Below, one piece after another: positions 39,517-50,214 of a stretch of DNA of 64,000 nucleotides. Both the position numbers and the translations under genes were made by a program. The notes below the pieces were generated by a model. The model saw only the letters and a program-made list of their open reading frames with translations. It was not told where the DNA came from and made no database searches. The stretch is from Candidatus Binatia bacterium. GTDB lineage: Bacteria > Desulfobacterota > Binatia > UBA12015. The stretch's first letter is position 1. Every line of letters starts with the position of its first letter. Location: contig JAQWRY010000088.1 of the NCBI GenBank assembly GCA_029243485.1, positions 299,212 to 363,211 on the forward strand. Direction: 5' to 3'.

Positions 39517-42077
39517 TTCAGCTCCAGCTGGCGCGGATGCAGCTTCGGGGCCAGTACGGGCAGCTGGCGCTCGCGATCGGTGTCATCGCGTTGGGCGTCG
39601 CACTCGCGACCGGCGTTCTGCTGGCCAACGACGCTCTGCGGTCCAGCTTCGAAGACTCACTCGGCGCGCTCAGTGGCCGCGCCGACCTCGAGGTTTTCGC
39701 CGCGGGCGGGGGAACACTCGATGAGCGCGTCTTGGAGGAAGTCCTCCAACGCCCAGAGACCGCCGCCGCCGCACCTTTGCTGATGGGCGCAGCGACCGTG
39801 GTGGGCGGGCTCGAGGTCAAAGTCGCGGTGGTCGGCATTGATATGCTGTCCGATGCGAACATTCGCATCTACGACGCGGACCCGGCGCAGAACTCGGGGA
39901 TCGAAGACCCACTGGTCTTCCTCAACCAGCAGGATTCAGTGATCGTCCCTGAGGCGCTCGCCAGGGAACTTGGCCTCGAGCGCGGCAGCCGCATCGAGCT
40001 GCAGACGTCTACGGGCAGACCAACCCTCACAGTGCGAGGAATCCTGCTCGGCAGCGGAGTAGGACTAGCCCATGGCGGGCGAACGGTGATCATGGACCTA
40101 TACGCTGCCCAGGAAGCTCTCGGGCTTCCTGGGAGGGTTAGCCGGGTTGATGTGGTTTTGGCTGAAGGAGTTGATGGGCGCGAGCTGGCCGGCCGACTGG
40201 AGGACGTGTTCCCGGCCCACGTGGCGGTAGAGCTTACAGCCGCGCTTCAGGAACGGAGAAGGAGTCTCGTAGCCGGATTCCAGACGATGCTCGATATAAT
40301 CTCTTTGCTGGGATTGGTGCTTGCGGGGCTGATCACCGCGAATCGAGTCGCGACTGTATATCAGGAACGCTTGTGGGAGATCGGCGTGTTGCGTGGGCTG
40401 GGTTGGCCCCCGCGAGTCCTACTCCGTTCGCTGCTCATAGAAGCGGCGCTGTTCAGCTGCATCGGTGCCGCCGTTGGGGGCCTTCTGGGGATCGCCTTCG
40501 CAGTGTTCATGGTTTCTCCCATTGCGGACGCGATGACGCTCAATTTCCAGCAGACGGTCGCTACGCCCGCCATCGCTGTTGCACCGGGCCCAATCCTCCT
40601 GGCTGGTTCTGCCGGGGTGATCAGCGGGGTCGTGGGAGCGGTGATGCCGGCGCTTGGTGTTGCGCGGCTTCCCATCTCGGTGGTGATGTCCAGGAAGAGA
40701 CGCCGAGAGTCGAGGCCCGACAGGGTTCTGGTTCGGGCTACACGAGTTGCTGCCGCCCTGGCTGCGGTCGCGCTCCTTGCCCTCCACTATCTAGCTGGCC
40801 CAGGGCCCGCTTTGGGTGTTGGAATCATCGCGGCTCTGATCGTTGCGAGTTGCCTCCTCCTCCAGCCGCTGCTGGTTGCGCTTGGAGGGGCCTTCGGACT
40901 GGTTTTCGGGGGGGCTTCTCAAATCGGCGCCAAGGACCAGGGGAGGGCTCCGACCCGCGCCGTGGGTGCCGCTTTGGTCCTTATGGCGGGTATCGCTGTC
41001 GTAGTGTGGATCGGGTTCATGGCGGAGAGCTTCCAGCACTATGTCGTCGACACGCTAACTCACGGCCGTGTGGGCGCAGACTTGATCGTGGATGGCTCAG
41101 TTGATGGGTTCTCGAAGGGGCCTATTGAGCCGAAGCTCGCTGACACCGCCTTGCAGGAGCTGCTGGATGTTCCAGGTGTTGAGGCGGTTGGTGCTTCGCT
41201 CAACGCGGTTTCCCGCCACCCCGAGACGGGAATCTTGGCAGTTGACGAGCCGAGGCTTCGCAATACGGGGTTTGGCGATTGGGATCTCGAGCCGGGGGCG
41301 GAGGCGGGCGCGCTGAACTCGGTGGCGCAGGGTCGCGGTGTTCTTGTGAATCGGCAGCTGGTAATCAATCGCGGCCTCCGCGTAGGAGATACAATTCGCC
41401 TGATGACTCCGACGGGACCACTTGAATTGCCCGTCGTCGGAGTAGGCGGGAGTTCGATCATCTCCCAGGGAGGTGACGTCGTGATGAGCTTGACGACGTA
41501 CAGACGGTATTGGAACGATCCGTCTTTTCACCAGGCACTTCTGCTTCTGTCCCCCGGAGCGTCCGGCGTTGACGTTCGTCGAGCAGTCCTCCACCATCTC
41601 GGCGATCGGTACCGGCTTCGGGTCATTGATCAGGATGGGCTGGCGGAATGGATTCGTGATTCTGTTCGTCAGGGCTTCCGCTTTACCGACGCTCTCGTGT
41701 TCCTGACCCTCGCAGTCGTGCTGATCGGGACGGGAGATGCGTTGGCTGCAGACGTACTTGAGCGGACAAGGGAGATCGGCGCTATGCGCGCGTTTGGCTA
41801 CACGCCATCGGCCCTTTCGGGGATGGTCATCGTCCAAGCTCTGTCGATCGGGGTAGCGGGATCCGCGCTGGGGATTATCGTCGGAATAGGGATTAGCATC
41901 GCATTCGTCGAGGGGCTGTTGCCAAGCATCCTTGGTTGGCAGCTGAGGCTGTATCCTGCCTACTTCACTCCAGCCGGCGGCTTGGCGCTGGGCATCGTGG
42001 CTTGCCTGATTGGGGCTCTCCCCCCGGCGGTGCGCACGGCGAGGCTGTCGCCGGCGCAGGCGCTCCGGTACGAGTGA
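39513..42077 (+). CDS. ABC transporter permease (tandem MacB/FtsX-like domains)
   Basis: Two periplasmic domain + FtsX units; [31 protein letters not shown] end; ATGA overlap. Confidence 0.92.
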   Translation: MIQLQLARMQLRGQYGQLALAIGVIALGVALATGVLLANDALRSSFEDSLGALSGRADLEVFAAGGGTLDERVLEEVLQRPETAAAAPLLMGAATVVGGLEVKVAVVGIDMLSDANIRIYDADPAQNSGIEDPLVFLNQQDSVIVPEALARELGLERGSRIELQTSTGRPTLTVRGILLGSGVGLAHGGRTVIMDLYAAQEALGLPGRVSRVDVVLAEGVDGRELAGRLEDVFPAHVAVELTAALQERRRSLVAGFQTMLDIISLLGLVLAGLITANRVATVYQERLWEIGVLRGLGWPPRVLLRSLLIEAALFSCIGAAVGGLLGIAFAVFMVSPIADAMTLNFQQTVATPAIAVAPGPILLAGSAGVISGVVGAVMPALGVARLPISVVMSRKRRRESRPDRVLVRATRVAAALAAVALLALHYLAGPGPALGVGIIAALIVASCLLLQPLLVALGGAFGLVFGGASQIGAKDQGRAPTRAVGAALVLMAGIAVVVWIGFMAESFQHYVVDTLTHGRVGADLIVDGSVDGFSKGPIEPKLADTALQELLDVPGVEAVGASLNAVSRHPETGILAVDEPRLRNTGFGDWDLEPGAEAGALNSVAQGRGVLVNRQLVINRGLRVGDTIRLMTPTGPLELPVVGVGGSSIISQGGDVVMSLTTYRRYWNDPSFHQALLLLSPGASGVDVRRAVLHHLGDRYRLRVIDQDGLAEWIRDSVRQGFRFTDALVFLTLAVVLIGTGDALAADVLERTREIGAMRAFGYTPSALSGMVIVQALSIGVAGSALGIIVGIGISIAFVEGLLPSILGWQLRLYPAYFTPAGGLALGIVACLIGALPPAVRTARLSPAQALRYE

Positions 42078-42105
42078 GGCAAAAGTGAAGGCGGACAGTT
42101 CCCCG

Positions 42106-43575
42106 ATGCGTCTGTCTCTGTCCTCGGTGGTTTCCCGAGTGTCCTCTGGCCTTACGGGTCGCGATCAGGCTTCCGGCTGTGGGGCGTCGTTCGCTTCAGT
42201 TGCCTCCCCGAGTTCCTTCAAGTGCGCCGATACGGACCAGCCAGATCTTTCGCTTCGCCTAAGGGACTTTGGGACGAGGCGTCCCCCCCGCCTCCCCGCA
42301 TCTCCAGTCCTCGGAAGCCTACGCGACTTCCAATCGCGCCCGATCGAACTCTTCACGCGCGCCTACCGGGCCTTGGGGCCCGTGTTCCGCATTCGCCTTG
42401 GCCCCAAGCGCTTCGTCGTTCTTGCGGGAGCCGAGTCGAATCGGCTGGTGACTACGCGGGAGCAGGAGTTCCTCAGCTCGGAGGGCATGTACGATGCGAT
42501 CGCGAAGAGGGTGGGAGACGATCCCGCGAGCCTTCTTACGAATGTCGACGGGGAGCGTCATCGGAAGCTGCGTTCGGACGTTCAGCCGGGGTTCACGCGA
42601 AGCGCGTTTGAAGAGCAGCTTGAGAGCGCAGTCGACGTCGTCGAGCGCTACTTTGAAGGCTTCGCCCCGGGTGAGTCGCAGAACGCGACCGATCTCTGCA
42701 AGCGTCTGCTCGTCGCACAGATGGGCGAGGTTTGTCTGGGGGTTCAGCCGGACGGCTACTTTGACGACGTCGACACCGTCACCGATGGTCTCGTTCGGAC
42801 GGTGACCAAGCCGTGGGAGAACTACCTTCCCACGCCACGCCGGTTCCGCCGTTCGCTGGTGCGACTGAGTGGGCTCTGGGATCTGGTGTCGGCCTCTCCC
42901 TCTGCTGGGAGCCGTCGGTGGTCGCAGATCAGTCGCCGGCTCGCCGACGAATATGCGAAGACTCGTAGCGGTGCGGCCTTGCTAGTCGTCATGCCTCTCG
43001 TGAGCGGGCTCGACACGCTTGGGTCGAGTCTTTCGTTCATGCTGTACGCGCTTGCGAGCAACGCCGATGCGCAGGAGCAGATCGCTGCTGAAGTTCGCGA
43101 GGCCGTCGGCAGCGGGCCGCTCACGCGAGAAGTGTTTCGCCAGATGCCCCTCCTGCGAGCCGCGATGCTCGAGAGCTTTCGGTTGTATCCGGCTGTTCCG
43201 GGAGTCATGCGTTACGCACCCGCGGCTGTTGAGGTCGGCGGCTTTCAGATCCGAAAGAACGAGAAGGTCTTTCTGCCGTTCGTGCTTCCGCACCACCTCG
43301 AGGAGTTCTATCCAGAGCCCGAGAAGTTCCGTCTCGAGCGTTTTCTCGAGCATGGAGCCGCTACGGCGGCGCCGGGAGCTTTCGCGCCGTTCGGCGTCGG
43401 CGCTCATGCCTGCGTCGGGTCCGGGATCTCGGAGGCGTGCTTTCTGACGACCATCGCCGTTTTCCTCCGGCGATATCGCATTGACCTCGACCCGCCCGGT
43501 TATGTGCTCGATGTGCGCTGGAAACCGAGCGCGGTTCCCGAGGGGCTCCGCATCCGGATGCACGTGCGGGACTAG
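42106..43575 (+). CDS. Cytochrome P450
   Basis: I-helix SGLDT, ExxR (ESFR), EKFRLERF, haem motif FGVGAHACVG; start uncertain (GTG 42085 or ATG 42106). Confidence 0.93.
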   Translation: MRLSLSSVVSRVSSGLTGRDQASGCGASFASVASPSSFKCADTDQPDLSLRLRDFGTRRPPRLPASPVLGSLRDFQSRPIELFTRAYRALGPVFRIRLGPKRFVVLAGAESNRLVTTREQEFLSSEGMYDAIAKRVGDDPASLLTNVDGERHRKLRSDVQPGFTRSAFEEQLESAVDVVERYFEGFAPGESQNATDLCKRLLVAQMGEVCLGVQPDGYFDDVDTVTDGLVRTVTKPWENYLPTPRRFRRSLVRLSGLWDLVSASPSAGSRRWSQISRRLADEYAKTRSGAALLVVMPLVSGLDTLGSSLSFMLYALASNADAQEQIAAEVREAVGSGPLTREVFRQMPLLRAAMLESFRLYPAVPGVMRYAPAAVEVGGFQIRKNEKVFLPFVLPHHLEEFYPEPEKFRLERFLEHGAATAAPGAFAPFGVGAHACVGSGISEACFLTTIAVFLRRYRIDLDPPGYVLDVRWKPSAVPEGLRIRMHVRD

Positions 43576-44335
43576 CGGCTGCGTACTGAGGCTCGGCGAG
43601 CACGGCCACTCGGTCGAGGTCCGGAGACCGCGGTGGGTCTTGTTGTCGGCGATGCAGGGCGGTGTGTCAGCTAGGGCAGCCTCGCCAGCGCGGACACCGC
43701 GGCGGTGCTGGCCAGCATTCTCACAGTAATGCGGCGTTCGAGGTCGGCGAGCCGTACGTCGAGGCGACCCTCGACCCTCCATCCCAACTCATGCATGAAC
43801 CGGTGATGCCGTCTGCAGAGCGACACGAGATTCGTGAGCGACGTCGGTCCGCCCTGATCCGCGGTCGCTCGTCGCTCGCCTTCGAGACGCTCGGACAAGC
43901 CCTCCGACGTTTCCGCGGAAACGTCTCCGGCAGACTTCGCGGCCGCCGCTCGTGCGACTTCGAGCGCCTTCATCACGATCGCCGCTTCTTCTGGCTGGAC
44001 CTGCGCCACGATTCGCACCATCCCGGACGGTGTTTCGCGCTTCTGGACGTACCCGAACTCCGGGTCGTCGACGGGGATCAGGCCCTCGTAGCGCAGGACC
44101 CGTTTGTACTTCGCGCGCGTCTTCTCGAGTTGCGCGCCAGTGCACGACTCCGCCCACTCCAGCAGCGTCGCCTCGTTGTGGGTGCCGGCGCATCGCGTGA
44201 GGGTGCGGACCGTGCAGTGGCTGAGCTTGCCGACGCGTAGTGCCTCGTCGATCTTGGGAAGGTCGGCCAGCGCTTTGGCGACGCGAACATACTCGTGCGC
44301 GGCGCCCGGGCCGAGGCCGGTGCGCCGTTCGCCTG
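43572..44335 (-). pseudogene. DUF222/HNH endonuclease (REP13E12-like) relic
   Basis: GLGPGAAHEYVRVAKALADLP.I..A...GKLS; fused directly to GGPTSLTNLVSLCRRHHRFMHE (second half of HNH); no start, internal deletion. Confidence 0.8.
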
Positions 44336-44339
44336 CCGT

Positions 44340-45557
44340 CTACCCAGCGGTGGACGCCTCGTCTCCCACCACAGGGGGCGCGATGCGGCCGAGGAGTAGA
44401 TACCCCGGAGCCGCGATCACGAGCAGCGCCGCGGCGACCAGCCAGGCGCTCGAGAATCCGGAGCTTCGGGCGAGGAGGCCGAGAGCGACCAGCCCGATCG
44501 CCGCGCCGAGCGTGAACGACATCGTGGCGACCGAGAGCACGGTGGCGCGTCGGCTCGATTCGATGTGCTCGTTCAGCCACGCCTGGTAGGCTGGGCGTCC
44601 GGCGCCGCCCATCAGCTCTCCGATGAGAAGGCCCAGGAGGACTGGGTAGAACTGGGTAGCGAGCGCGGCGGCCGCGAATACGAGGCCGCGCACGAGTGTC
44701 GTGCCGAAGAGAAGGTACTCGCGGCCGGTGTGGCGCAGGAGTCGGGTCGTGAGTGCGGCGCCGGTGAAGGCCGCGGCGTTCAAGAGCGCGGTGGCGGCTC
44801 CGAGCACCCAGTAGCCCTGGTCACTCAGAAGTTCGAGGCGGGGCGGCCACGTGAGGTTGACCGGTAGGAGCGCGGCGGCGGTGAAGGCGGAGATCAGACA
44901 CAGTATGCCGACGGTCCGCGAAGCGCGCGCGGCCGCGACGCCGTCTCGCATCTGCGCCACGAGTGGCTGGAAGATGGGGGCGGAGCGCGTCCGCTTGGGG
45001 CGGCGCGGCTCCTTCATGGCCACGAGCGCGTAGAGCCCGGTGAGTGAGAAGCCCACGGTGGCGACGTACCACGGGAGAAGCAGGTCGATGTCGGCGAGAA
45101 GCCCGCCCGCGATTCCGCCTACGATCATCACGCCCCGAATGATCATCTCCACACGCGCGAAGAGCCGATCGGTGGGCCGGTGGTCGCCTTCTTCCCGGAT
45201 CCCGTCGATGGCCCATGCTTCGAGAGCACCGCTCGCGAGCGTGTAGCCGATGGCGTCGATGACTTCGGCGATCAGGCAATCCGTGAAGCTGTCGGCAAAG
45301 GTGTAGAGGAGGAACGCGCCGCTGCGGACGAAGCACGAGAGGATGAACGAGAACCGTCGCCCGAAGACATCCGCGACAGCGCCGGTCGGCACTTCGAAGA
45401 TCGCGGTCGCCAGGAAGTACGTCGCAAGCACGACGTTCATCTGGAAGAGATCGAGTCCCTTGCTGAGAAGGAAGATCGGATAGACCGGGGTCATGAACCA
45501 GCCCCAGGTCTGGAAGCTCCCCTCGAGGATGTAGAAAGTGCGTTCGGTGCGGGTCAT
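44340..45557 (-). CDS. MFS transporter
   Basis: About 12 TM; FEVPTGAVADVFGRR, SGALEAW, RRATVLS. Confidence 0.92.
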   Translation of the reverse strand: MTRTERTFYILEGSFQTWGWFMTPVYPIFLLSKGLDLFQMNVVLATYFLATAIFEVPTGAVADVFGRRFSFILSCFVRSGAFLLYTFADSFTDCLIAEVIDAIGYTLASGALEAWAIDGIREEGDHRPTDRLFARVEMIIRGVMIVGGIAGGLLADIDLLLPWYVATVGFSLTGLYALVAMKEPRRPKRTRSAPIFQPLVAQMRDGVAAARASRTVGILCLISAFTAAALLPVNLTWPPRLELLSDQGYWVLGAATALLNAAAFTGAALTTRLLRHTGREYLLFGTTLVRGLVFAAAALATQFYPVLLGLLIGELMGGAGRPAYQAWLNEHIESSRRATVLSVATMSFTLGAAIGLVALGLLARSSGFSSAWLVAAALLVIAAPGYLLLGRIAPPVVGDEASTAG

Positions 45558-45634
45558 GATGGGGGTCGGCGACTCTAAGCCGGCAGAGGCGGTGTGTCAC
45601 CGGGGCCGTGCCCACGAACGTGGAAGAACGCGGG

Positions 45635-46180
45635 TCAGCTCCGCCCGAGGATGTGGTTGGCGGCTGCACGAAGATCCGCGACGACGGCGCTCACGGGTGT
45701 ATCCCCGAGTTGGGCGTGCTCCTCCTCGCCGTGCCCGGTGAGGACGAGGATCCCGCTCGCCCCGGCATTCGCTGCGAGTGTGACGTCCTTTACGTGGTCG
45801 CCGATCATCCAGGACTCGGCGAGATTCGCGCCGAGCTCGTCGCGGGCGTTGAACAAAGAGCTCGGGTTCGGCTTGCGGCACGTGCAGCTTTCGGACGGGG
45901 CGTGCGGGCACATGTAGGTCTTTTCGATCGTGATGTCGGCGGCGGCGAGATCGTCGAGTAGACGCCCGTGGAACTCTTCGTAGTTCTCGAGCTTGAAGAT
46001 GCCGCGGCCGAGGCCGCTCTGGTTCGTGACGATCGCGAACCTATAGCCGGCATCGCGCAGATCGTGTAGGGCATCGATGACACCGGGGAGGAGGGCGTAG
46101 TCCTCCAGCCGGTGGCCGTAGCCCACCTCTTGGATCAGGGTGCCGTCGCGGTCGACGAAGACGAATCGGTACGTGTTCAT
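45635..46180 (-). CDS. gmhB: D,D-heptose 1,7-bisphosphate phosphatase (HAD IIIA)
   Basis: DRDGT, VTNQSG, CPH...C.CRKP, MIGD...D; start ATG 46180. Confidence 0.85.
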   Translation of the reverse strand: MNTYRFVFVDRDGTLIQEVGYGHRLEDYALLPGVIDALHDLRDAGYRFAIVTNQSGLGRGIFKLENYEEFHGRLLDDLAAADITIEKTYMCPHAPSESCTCRKPNPSSLFNARDELGANLAESWMIGDHVKDVTLAANAGASGILVLTGHGEEEHAQLGDTPVSAVVADLRAAANHILGRS

Positions 46181-46247
46181 GCGGCACCGAACATGCGTCG
46201 AGACTCCGCCGGTTGCAAACCGACCCGGGCACCGCGATGAACCGAGG

Positions 46248-46841
46248 GTGCCTGTTCTCCGTGCCGTCACCGTTTACGCTGCCTCGTCTACCCACGCGCC
46301 CGAGCGCTTGCTCGAAGTAGCGCGATCGCTCGGGTGGGGTCTCGCCGAGCGTGGTTGGACGGTGGTGTACGGCGGCGCGAAGATCGGCCTCATGGGCGCA
46401 CTCGCCGACGCAGCGCTGGCGGCCGGGGGGCGCGTCGAAGGCGTGATCCTCGATACGTTTGCGCGGGTGGCGCACGCCGGCCTGCACGAACTCGAGACGG
46501 TGACCGACATGCGCAGCCGAAAGGCGGGGCTCGCGCATCGCGCCGACGCCTATGTCGTGTTGCCTGGAGGATTCGGCACGCTCGAGGAACTCTCGGAGAT
46601 TCTCGTCGAGCGTCAGCTTGGAATGCACCAGCGTCCGCTGATCCTGGTGGACGAACAGGGGTTTTGGGCCCCCCTCGTCTCCCAGATTGATCGCATGGTC
46701 GAGTTGGACCTGGTGAAGGCGGAGTATCGCGACCTTTTGACGGTCGTTCCTGACGTTCGCGCCGCGCTCGATCGCCTCGATGTGCACGCGGCGGCGCCGG
46801 CTTCCGCGGCCGGGCCGGACGCCGGTAAGATCGAGGATTGA
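46248..46841 (+). CDS. LOG family nucleotide phosphoribohydrolase (TIGR00730)
   Basis: VYGG..GLMG, M..RK, PGGFGTLEE; probable start GTG 46248. Confidence 0.92.
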   Translation: MPVLRAVTVYAASSTHAPERLLEVARSLGWGLAERGWTVVYGGAKIGLMGALADAALAAGGRVEGVILDTFARVAHAGLHELETVTDMRSRKAGLAHRADAYVVLPGGFGTLEELSEILVERQLGMHQRPLILVDEQGFWAPLVSQIDRMVELDLVKAEYRDLLTVVPDVRAALDRLDVHAAAPASAAGPDAGKIED

Positions 46842-46943
46842 CGGTCTCCGATCTTCCGTCCGTTGGGCCCGTTCGGCCGATCACCGGAGCCGTTGTCGAA
46901 TCGGTTCTTGACGGCCCGGGCCGGATCGGAATAGCCAACGGGC

Positions 46944-48017
46944 ATGTGCACGCCGAAGCGCAAAGATGATCCGGATCTCGAACCCCGTTTGCCGATCCCC
47001 CAGCAGATCATCTCCAACGGCGAGTACCTGCCAGTGCCGCAGGCGGATCCGCAGCGTCGCGTCGAGGCCCTCACGAACGAAATGGTGGACGAGCGAGCGA
47101 AGAATCTCGGCCTGTCGCGGCGCAACTTCCTTCGGACGGCCGCTGGTACCGCCACCGTGCTGTTCGCAATGAACCAGGTCGACGGCTGCGGCGATTCGTC
47201 GACGCCGGCTTCGAGTAATGGCGGCGATGTGATCTTCAACGTCTGCGAAGAAGATACGCGTGACCTTGAACAGGCGAAGGCCGTGTCCGATGCAGACTTC
47301 TTCGTGATGGACGTCCAGACGCACCATGTTGAACTCGGAGGCAATTGGAACCCGGTGCTGAAGAACGCGATCGCGGCCTTGCGGTTCACGGATTTCGGCG
47401 ACTGCGGACGCGGCAACGTCGATTGCATCCTCAACACGAAGATCAATCAGGACAACTACATCAAGGAGATGTTCCTCGACTCCGAGACTGCCGTCGGTGT
47501 GATGAGCGGCATCCCCACGGGCGCACTCGAGATCCTGCCGAACACGACGATGGCGAACGGGTCGCAACGGATGATCGCCCAAATGCTTTGCGAGCCGACG
47601 CTCGCGCAGGGCACCCCGGGCCGAACGACGATCCACGACATCCAGCAGAACGTCGAGGAGCTCGGGTCGGCCGGACTCAAGTGCTACCCCGGCGGCGACA
47701 TCTGGTGGCTCGACGACGAATAGGTCGCGTACCCAATGTACCAGAAAGCCGTCGACGCGGGTCTCTCGTTCATCTCGATCCACAAGGGCTTCCCGCTGCA
47801 GTTCGGTCCGCAGTCGCCGGTGCGCGTGCAGTCGATTGACATCCCGAAATTCGCTGCACCGCGCGAGAGCGATCCGCTGACGCAGGCACGGGCCGAACTT
47901 CTCGACCACGGTCCGGTAGCGGTGGTAAAGACGCACGGGCCGCGCACCCGACGCGAGTTCATGCGTCTCACTCTGCTAGACGAGAAGGTCGAGAAGTGGA
48001 GGCGCGGAATCGGCTGA
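46944..48017 (+). pseudogene. Tat-type amidohydrolase relic
   Basis: SNGEY.P, SRRNFL, DVQTHH, WWLDDE*VAYPMY (TAG 47721-47723), IHKG, then jumps to C-terminal GPRTRREF; internal deletions. Confidence 0.78.
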
Positions 48018-48055
48018 GCGCGGTCGCCGCGGCTTGGTGGATCAGCGCTCAGCGC

Positions 48056-49030
48056 TCAGCGCTTGGTGCCGCGCGTCGGGCGCTTGAGGGCGCGCGTTTT
48101 TGGAACGGATCGGAGTGCCGGGCGCGCCGTCTTGGCGTGGGCGAGAGACGTCTTCTCACGCTTACGGTGTTCTTCGAGACCGAGCAGGTCGTTGAATTTC
48201 TCGAACGGGTAGAGCTGCTTCATGATCGAGCCCGTGTTGCCGCGGTGGATGAGCGTGGAGTACACGTCGCCGATCGCCTTGGCCTGCGCGAGAATCGCGG
48301 CGACCGGAAAGACGATGAGGTCGAACCCGCGTTGGTGAAGTTCGGCCGGCCCCAGCAGCGGGGTCTTTCCCCACTCGACCATGTTCGCGACCTTCGGTCC
48401 GGGGATGCCCATCGCGATCGCGTCGAGTTCGGCGACGGATTGCGGTGCTTCGACGAAGACGGCATCCACGCCGACATCGAGAGCGGCGCGCCCGCGGCGG
48501 ATCGCCTCTTCGAGTCCGAGTGGGGCGCGCGCGTCGGTGCGTGCGACGACGAAGAGATCGGTTTTCGGTCGCAGTTCGACGACGGCGCGTAGCTTCGCGA
48601 GCCAGTCGGCGCGATCGACGACGGCTTTTCCGACCATGTGCCCGCAGCGTTTCGGCCAGACCTGATCTTCGAGGAAGATGCCGGCCGCTCCGGCCTGGGC
48701 GTAGAGTTCCGCAGTGCGCACGGCGTTCGGGATCCCGCCGTAGCCCGTGTCGGCGTCCACGAGGACGGGCATGGAGACGAGCCGGCAAAGGCGTCGAGCT
48801 GCGTCGGCCATCTCGGCTTGAGTGAGCAGCCCGATGTCGGGCTCGCCCAGAAGGGAGGCAGCGACGGCGTAGCCACCCATGAAGGCCAGCGGGAATCCGG
48901 CCTTCTCCGCCAGGCGCGCCGAGACGCCGTCGTGGAGTCCGCCCATGACGATGGGCTCTCCGCGCTTCACGAGCGCGCGCACGGCCGCGGCCGGGGGCCG
49001 CGGCGCGGTGGCTGAGGTGTTCTTCGCCAT
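48056..49030 (-). CDS. Isocitrate lyase/PEP mutase family enzyme (2-methylisocitrate lyase-like)
   Basis: DADTGYG, LEDQVWPKRCGH, ARTDA, FVEAP, ANMVE.GKTP. Confidence 0.9.
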   Translation of the reverse strand: MAKNTSATAPRPPAAAVRALVKRGEPIVMGGLHDGVSARLAEKAGFPLAFMGGYAVAASLLGEPDIGLLTQAEMADAARRLCRLVSMPVLVDADTGYGGIPNAVRTAELYAQAGAAGIFLEDQVWPKRCGHMVGKAVVDRADWLAKLRAVVELRPKTDLFVVARTDARAPLGLEEAIRRGRAALDVGVDAVFVEAPQSVAELDAIAMGIPGPKVANMVEWGKTPLLGPAELHQRGFDLIVFPVAAILAQAKAIGDVYSTLIHRGNTGSIMKQLYPFEKFNDLLGLEEHRKREKTSLAHAKTARPALRSVPKTRALKRPTRGTKR

Positions 49031-49081
49031 GGTCCAAAAGCCTAGGGCTCGGCGTCCGGTCCGGCAAGCGGACGGGCGGTC

Positions 49082-49501
49082 TCAGCCGGCTTTGGACCCG
49101 AGTTTCAGAATCCGGTCGAATTCGGGCTTAGCGACGGGCATGACGCTCAAGCGCGATTGCTTGATGAGGGCCATCTCGGACAACGCCTTGTCCTCTTTGA
49201 TCTCCGCGAGAGTGACGGGGCGCTTCAGCGCCCTCTTCGCCGCGAGATCGACGACGACCCACCGATCGTCGTCGATCGTCGGATCCTGGTAGAACTCGCG
49301 CACGACCTCGCAAATACCGACCACCTCGGTCCCGACGATGGAGTGATAGTAGAGCACGAGGTCGCCCTTCTTCATCTCCTTCAAGTTGTTGCGGGCCTGG
49401 TAGTTCCGAACGCCGTCCCAGTATGTCTTCTTGTCCTTGACGAGTTGGGACCAGGGGTACTTGGTGGGTTCTTGTTTCACGAGCCAGTATTGCTTGGGCA
49501 T
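49082..49501 (-). CDS. EVE domain-containing protein
   Basis: YWLVKQEP, WDGVRNYQARN, YYHS, SRLSVMPV; start ATG 49501. Confidence 0.95.
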   Translation of the reverse strand: MPKQYWLVKQEPTKYPWSQLVKDKKTYWDGVRNYQARNNLKEMKKGDLVLYYHSIVGTEVVGICEVVREFYQDPTIDDDRWVVVDLAAKRALKRPVTLAEIKEDKALSEMALIKQSRLSVMPVAKPEFDRILKLGSKAG

Positions 49502-49509
49502 GGTTTGGT

Positions 49510-50170
49510 GATTAGCCGAAATCCTGCAGCGGGGCGATCCTCTTTCAACGTCTCCTCGACCCATTCGTCGATGAGCGCTCGAAACGTATTCAGAAAATCT
49601 TCCTCCGCTTCGGGCGCGAGGTCGTCGAGTTCGTGTGGGTCGATGTCGATCGCGTAGAGCTGCTCGCGGTCGCTCTTGATGTCTTGGATGTACCGCCACT
49701 CGGGTGTCGTGACGACGCGGCCTCAGGAGCGAAGTGCATCGCTGCCGATCTGGGTTACGACGGCTTCTTTGGGGTTCTCCAGCGCGCCCCCCGGAGGCGA
49801 GGAGGGGGAGCAGGGATTGGCCGGGGATGTCCCACCGGCCGGGGAGGGAGGCGCCGGCGATCTGCGTTAGGGTGGCGTAGACGTCGGCGAGCGTGACGAG
49901 GTCCGCGTAGCGCCGGCCCTACTTTGCATCCCCTCGGCGGTGTGGGTACGCGGGATTGAAATCGTCGCGAGCGGTCTCGGCGAAGCCCCAGTCCTGTGGG
50001 CTGTACGTCTAGAGCTTGTCGAGCGTCGGCGTGATTACGCGGTCGTTCCCGAGGAAACCGAAGCCGCTCCACCCCATGTCGCCGCCGACGACCACGGCGA
50101 TGTTCGGCGGTTCACATGCAGTGCAGAAGACGAGGGAGGCGAGGATCAGGGTGCGCACGAGGCGGAGCAT
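49510..50170 (-). pseudogene. Sulfatase relic (N- and C-termini only)
   Basis: MLRLVRTLILASLVFCTAC.PPNI.VVVGGDMGW..FGFLG...TPTLDKL*, then C-terminal WRYI...EQLYAIDIDPHELDDLA; most of the gene is missing. Confidence 0.75.
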
Positions 50171-50214
50171 CGGTTGGGTTGAATTCGCACGTTCTACGCG
50201 GGCAGGAAAACGGG

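Noticed and set aside
48042-48062. (TCAGCGC)x3 tandem repeat giving TGA in all three minus-strand frames at the lyase stop
   Set aside because: Too short; consistent with simple slippage duplication
19035-50170. Several in-frame TAG codons inside relics (near 19745, 19583, 26014, 47721, 50009) suggesting amber read-through or recoding
   Set aside because: Many intact genes here end in TAG (ClC, pgi, thiolase, dtd), and the same relics also carry frameshifts or deletions; ordinary decay explains them
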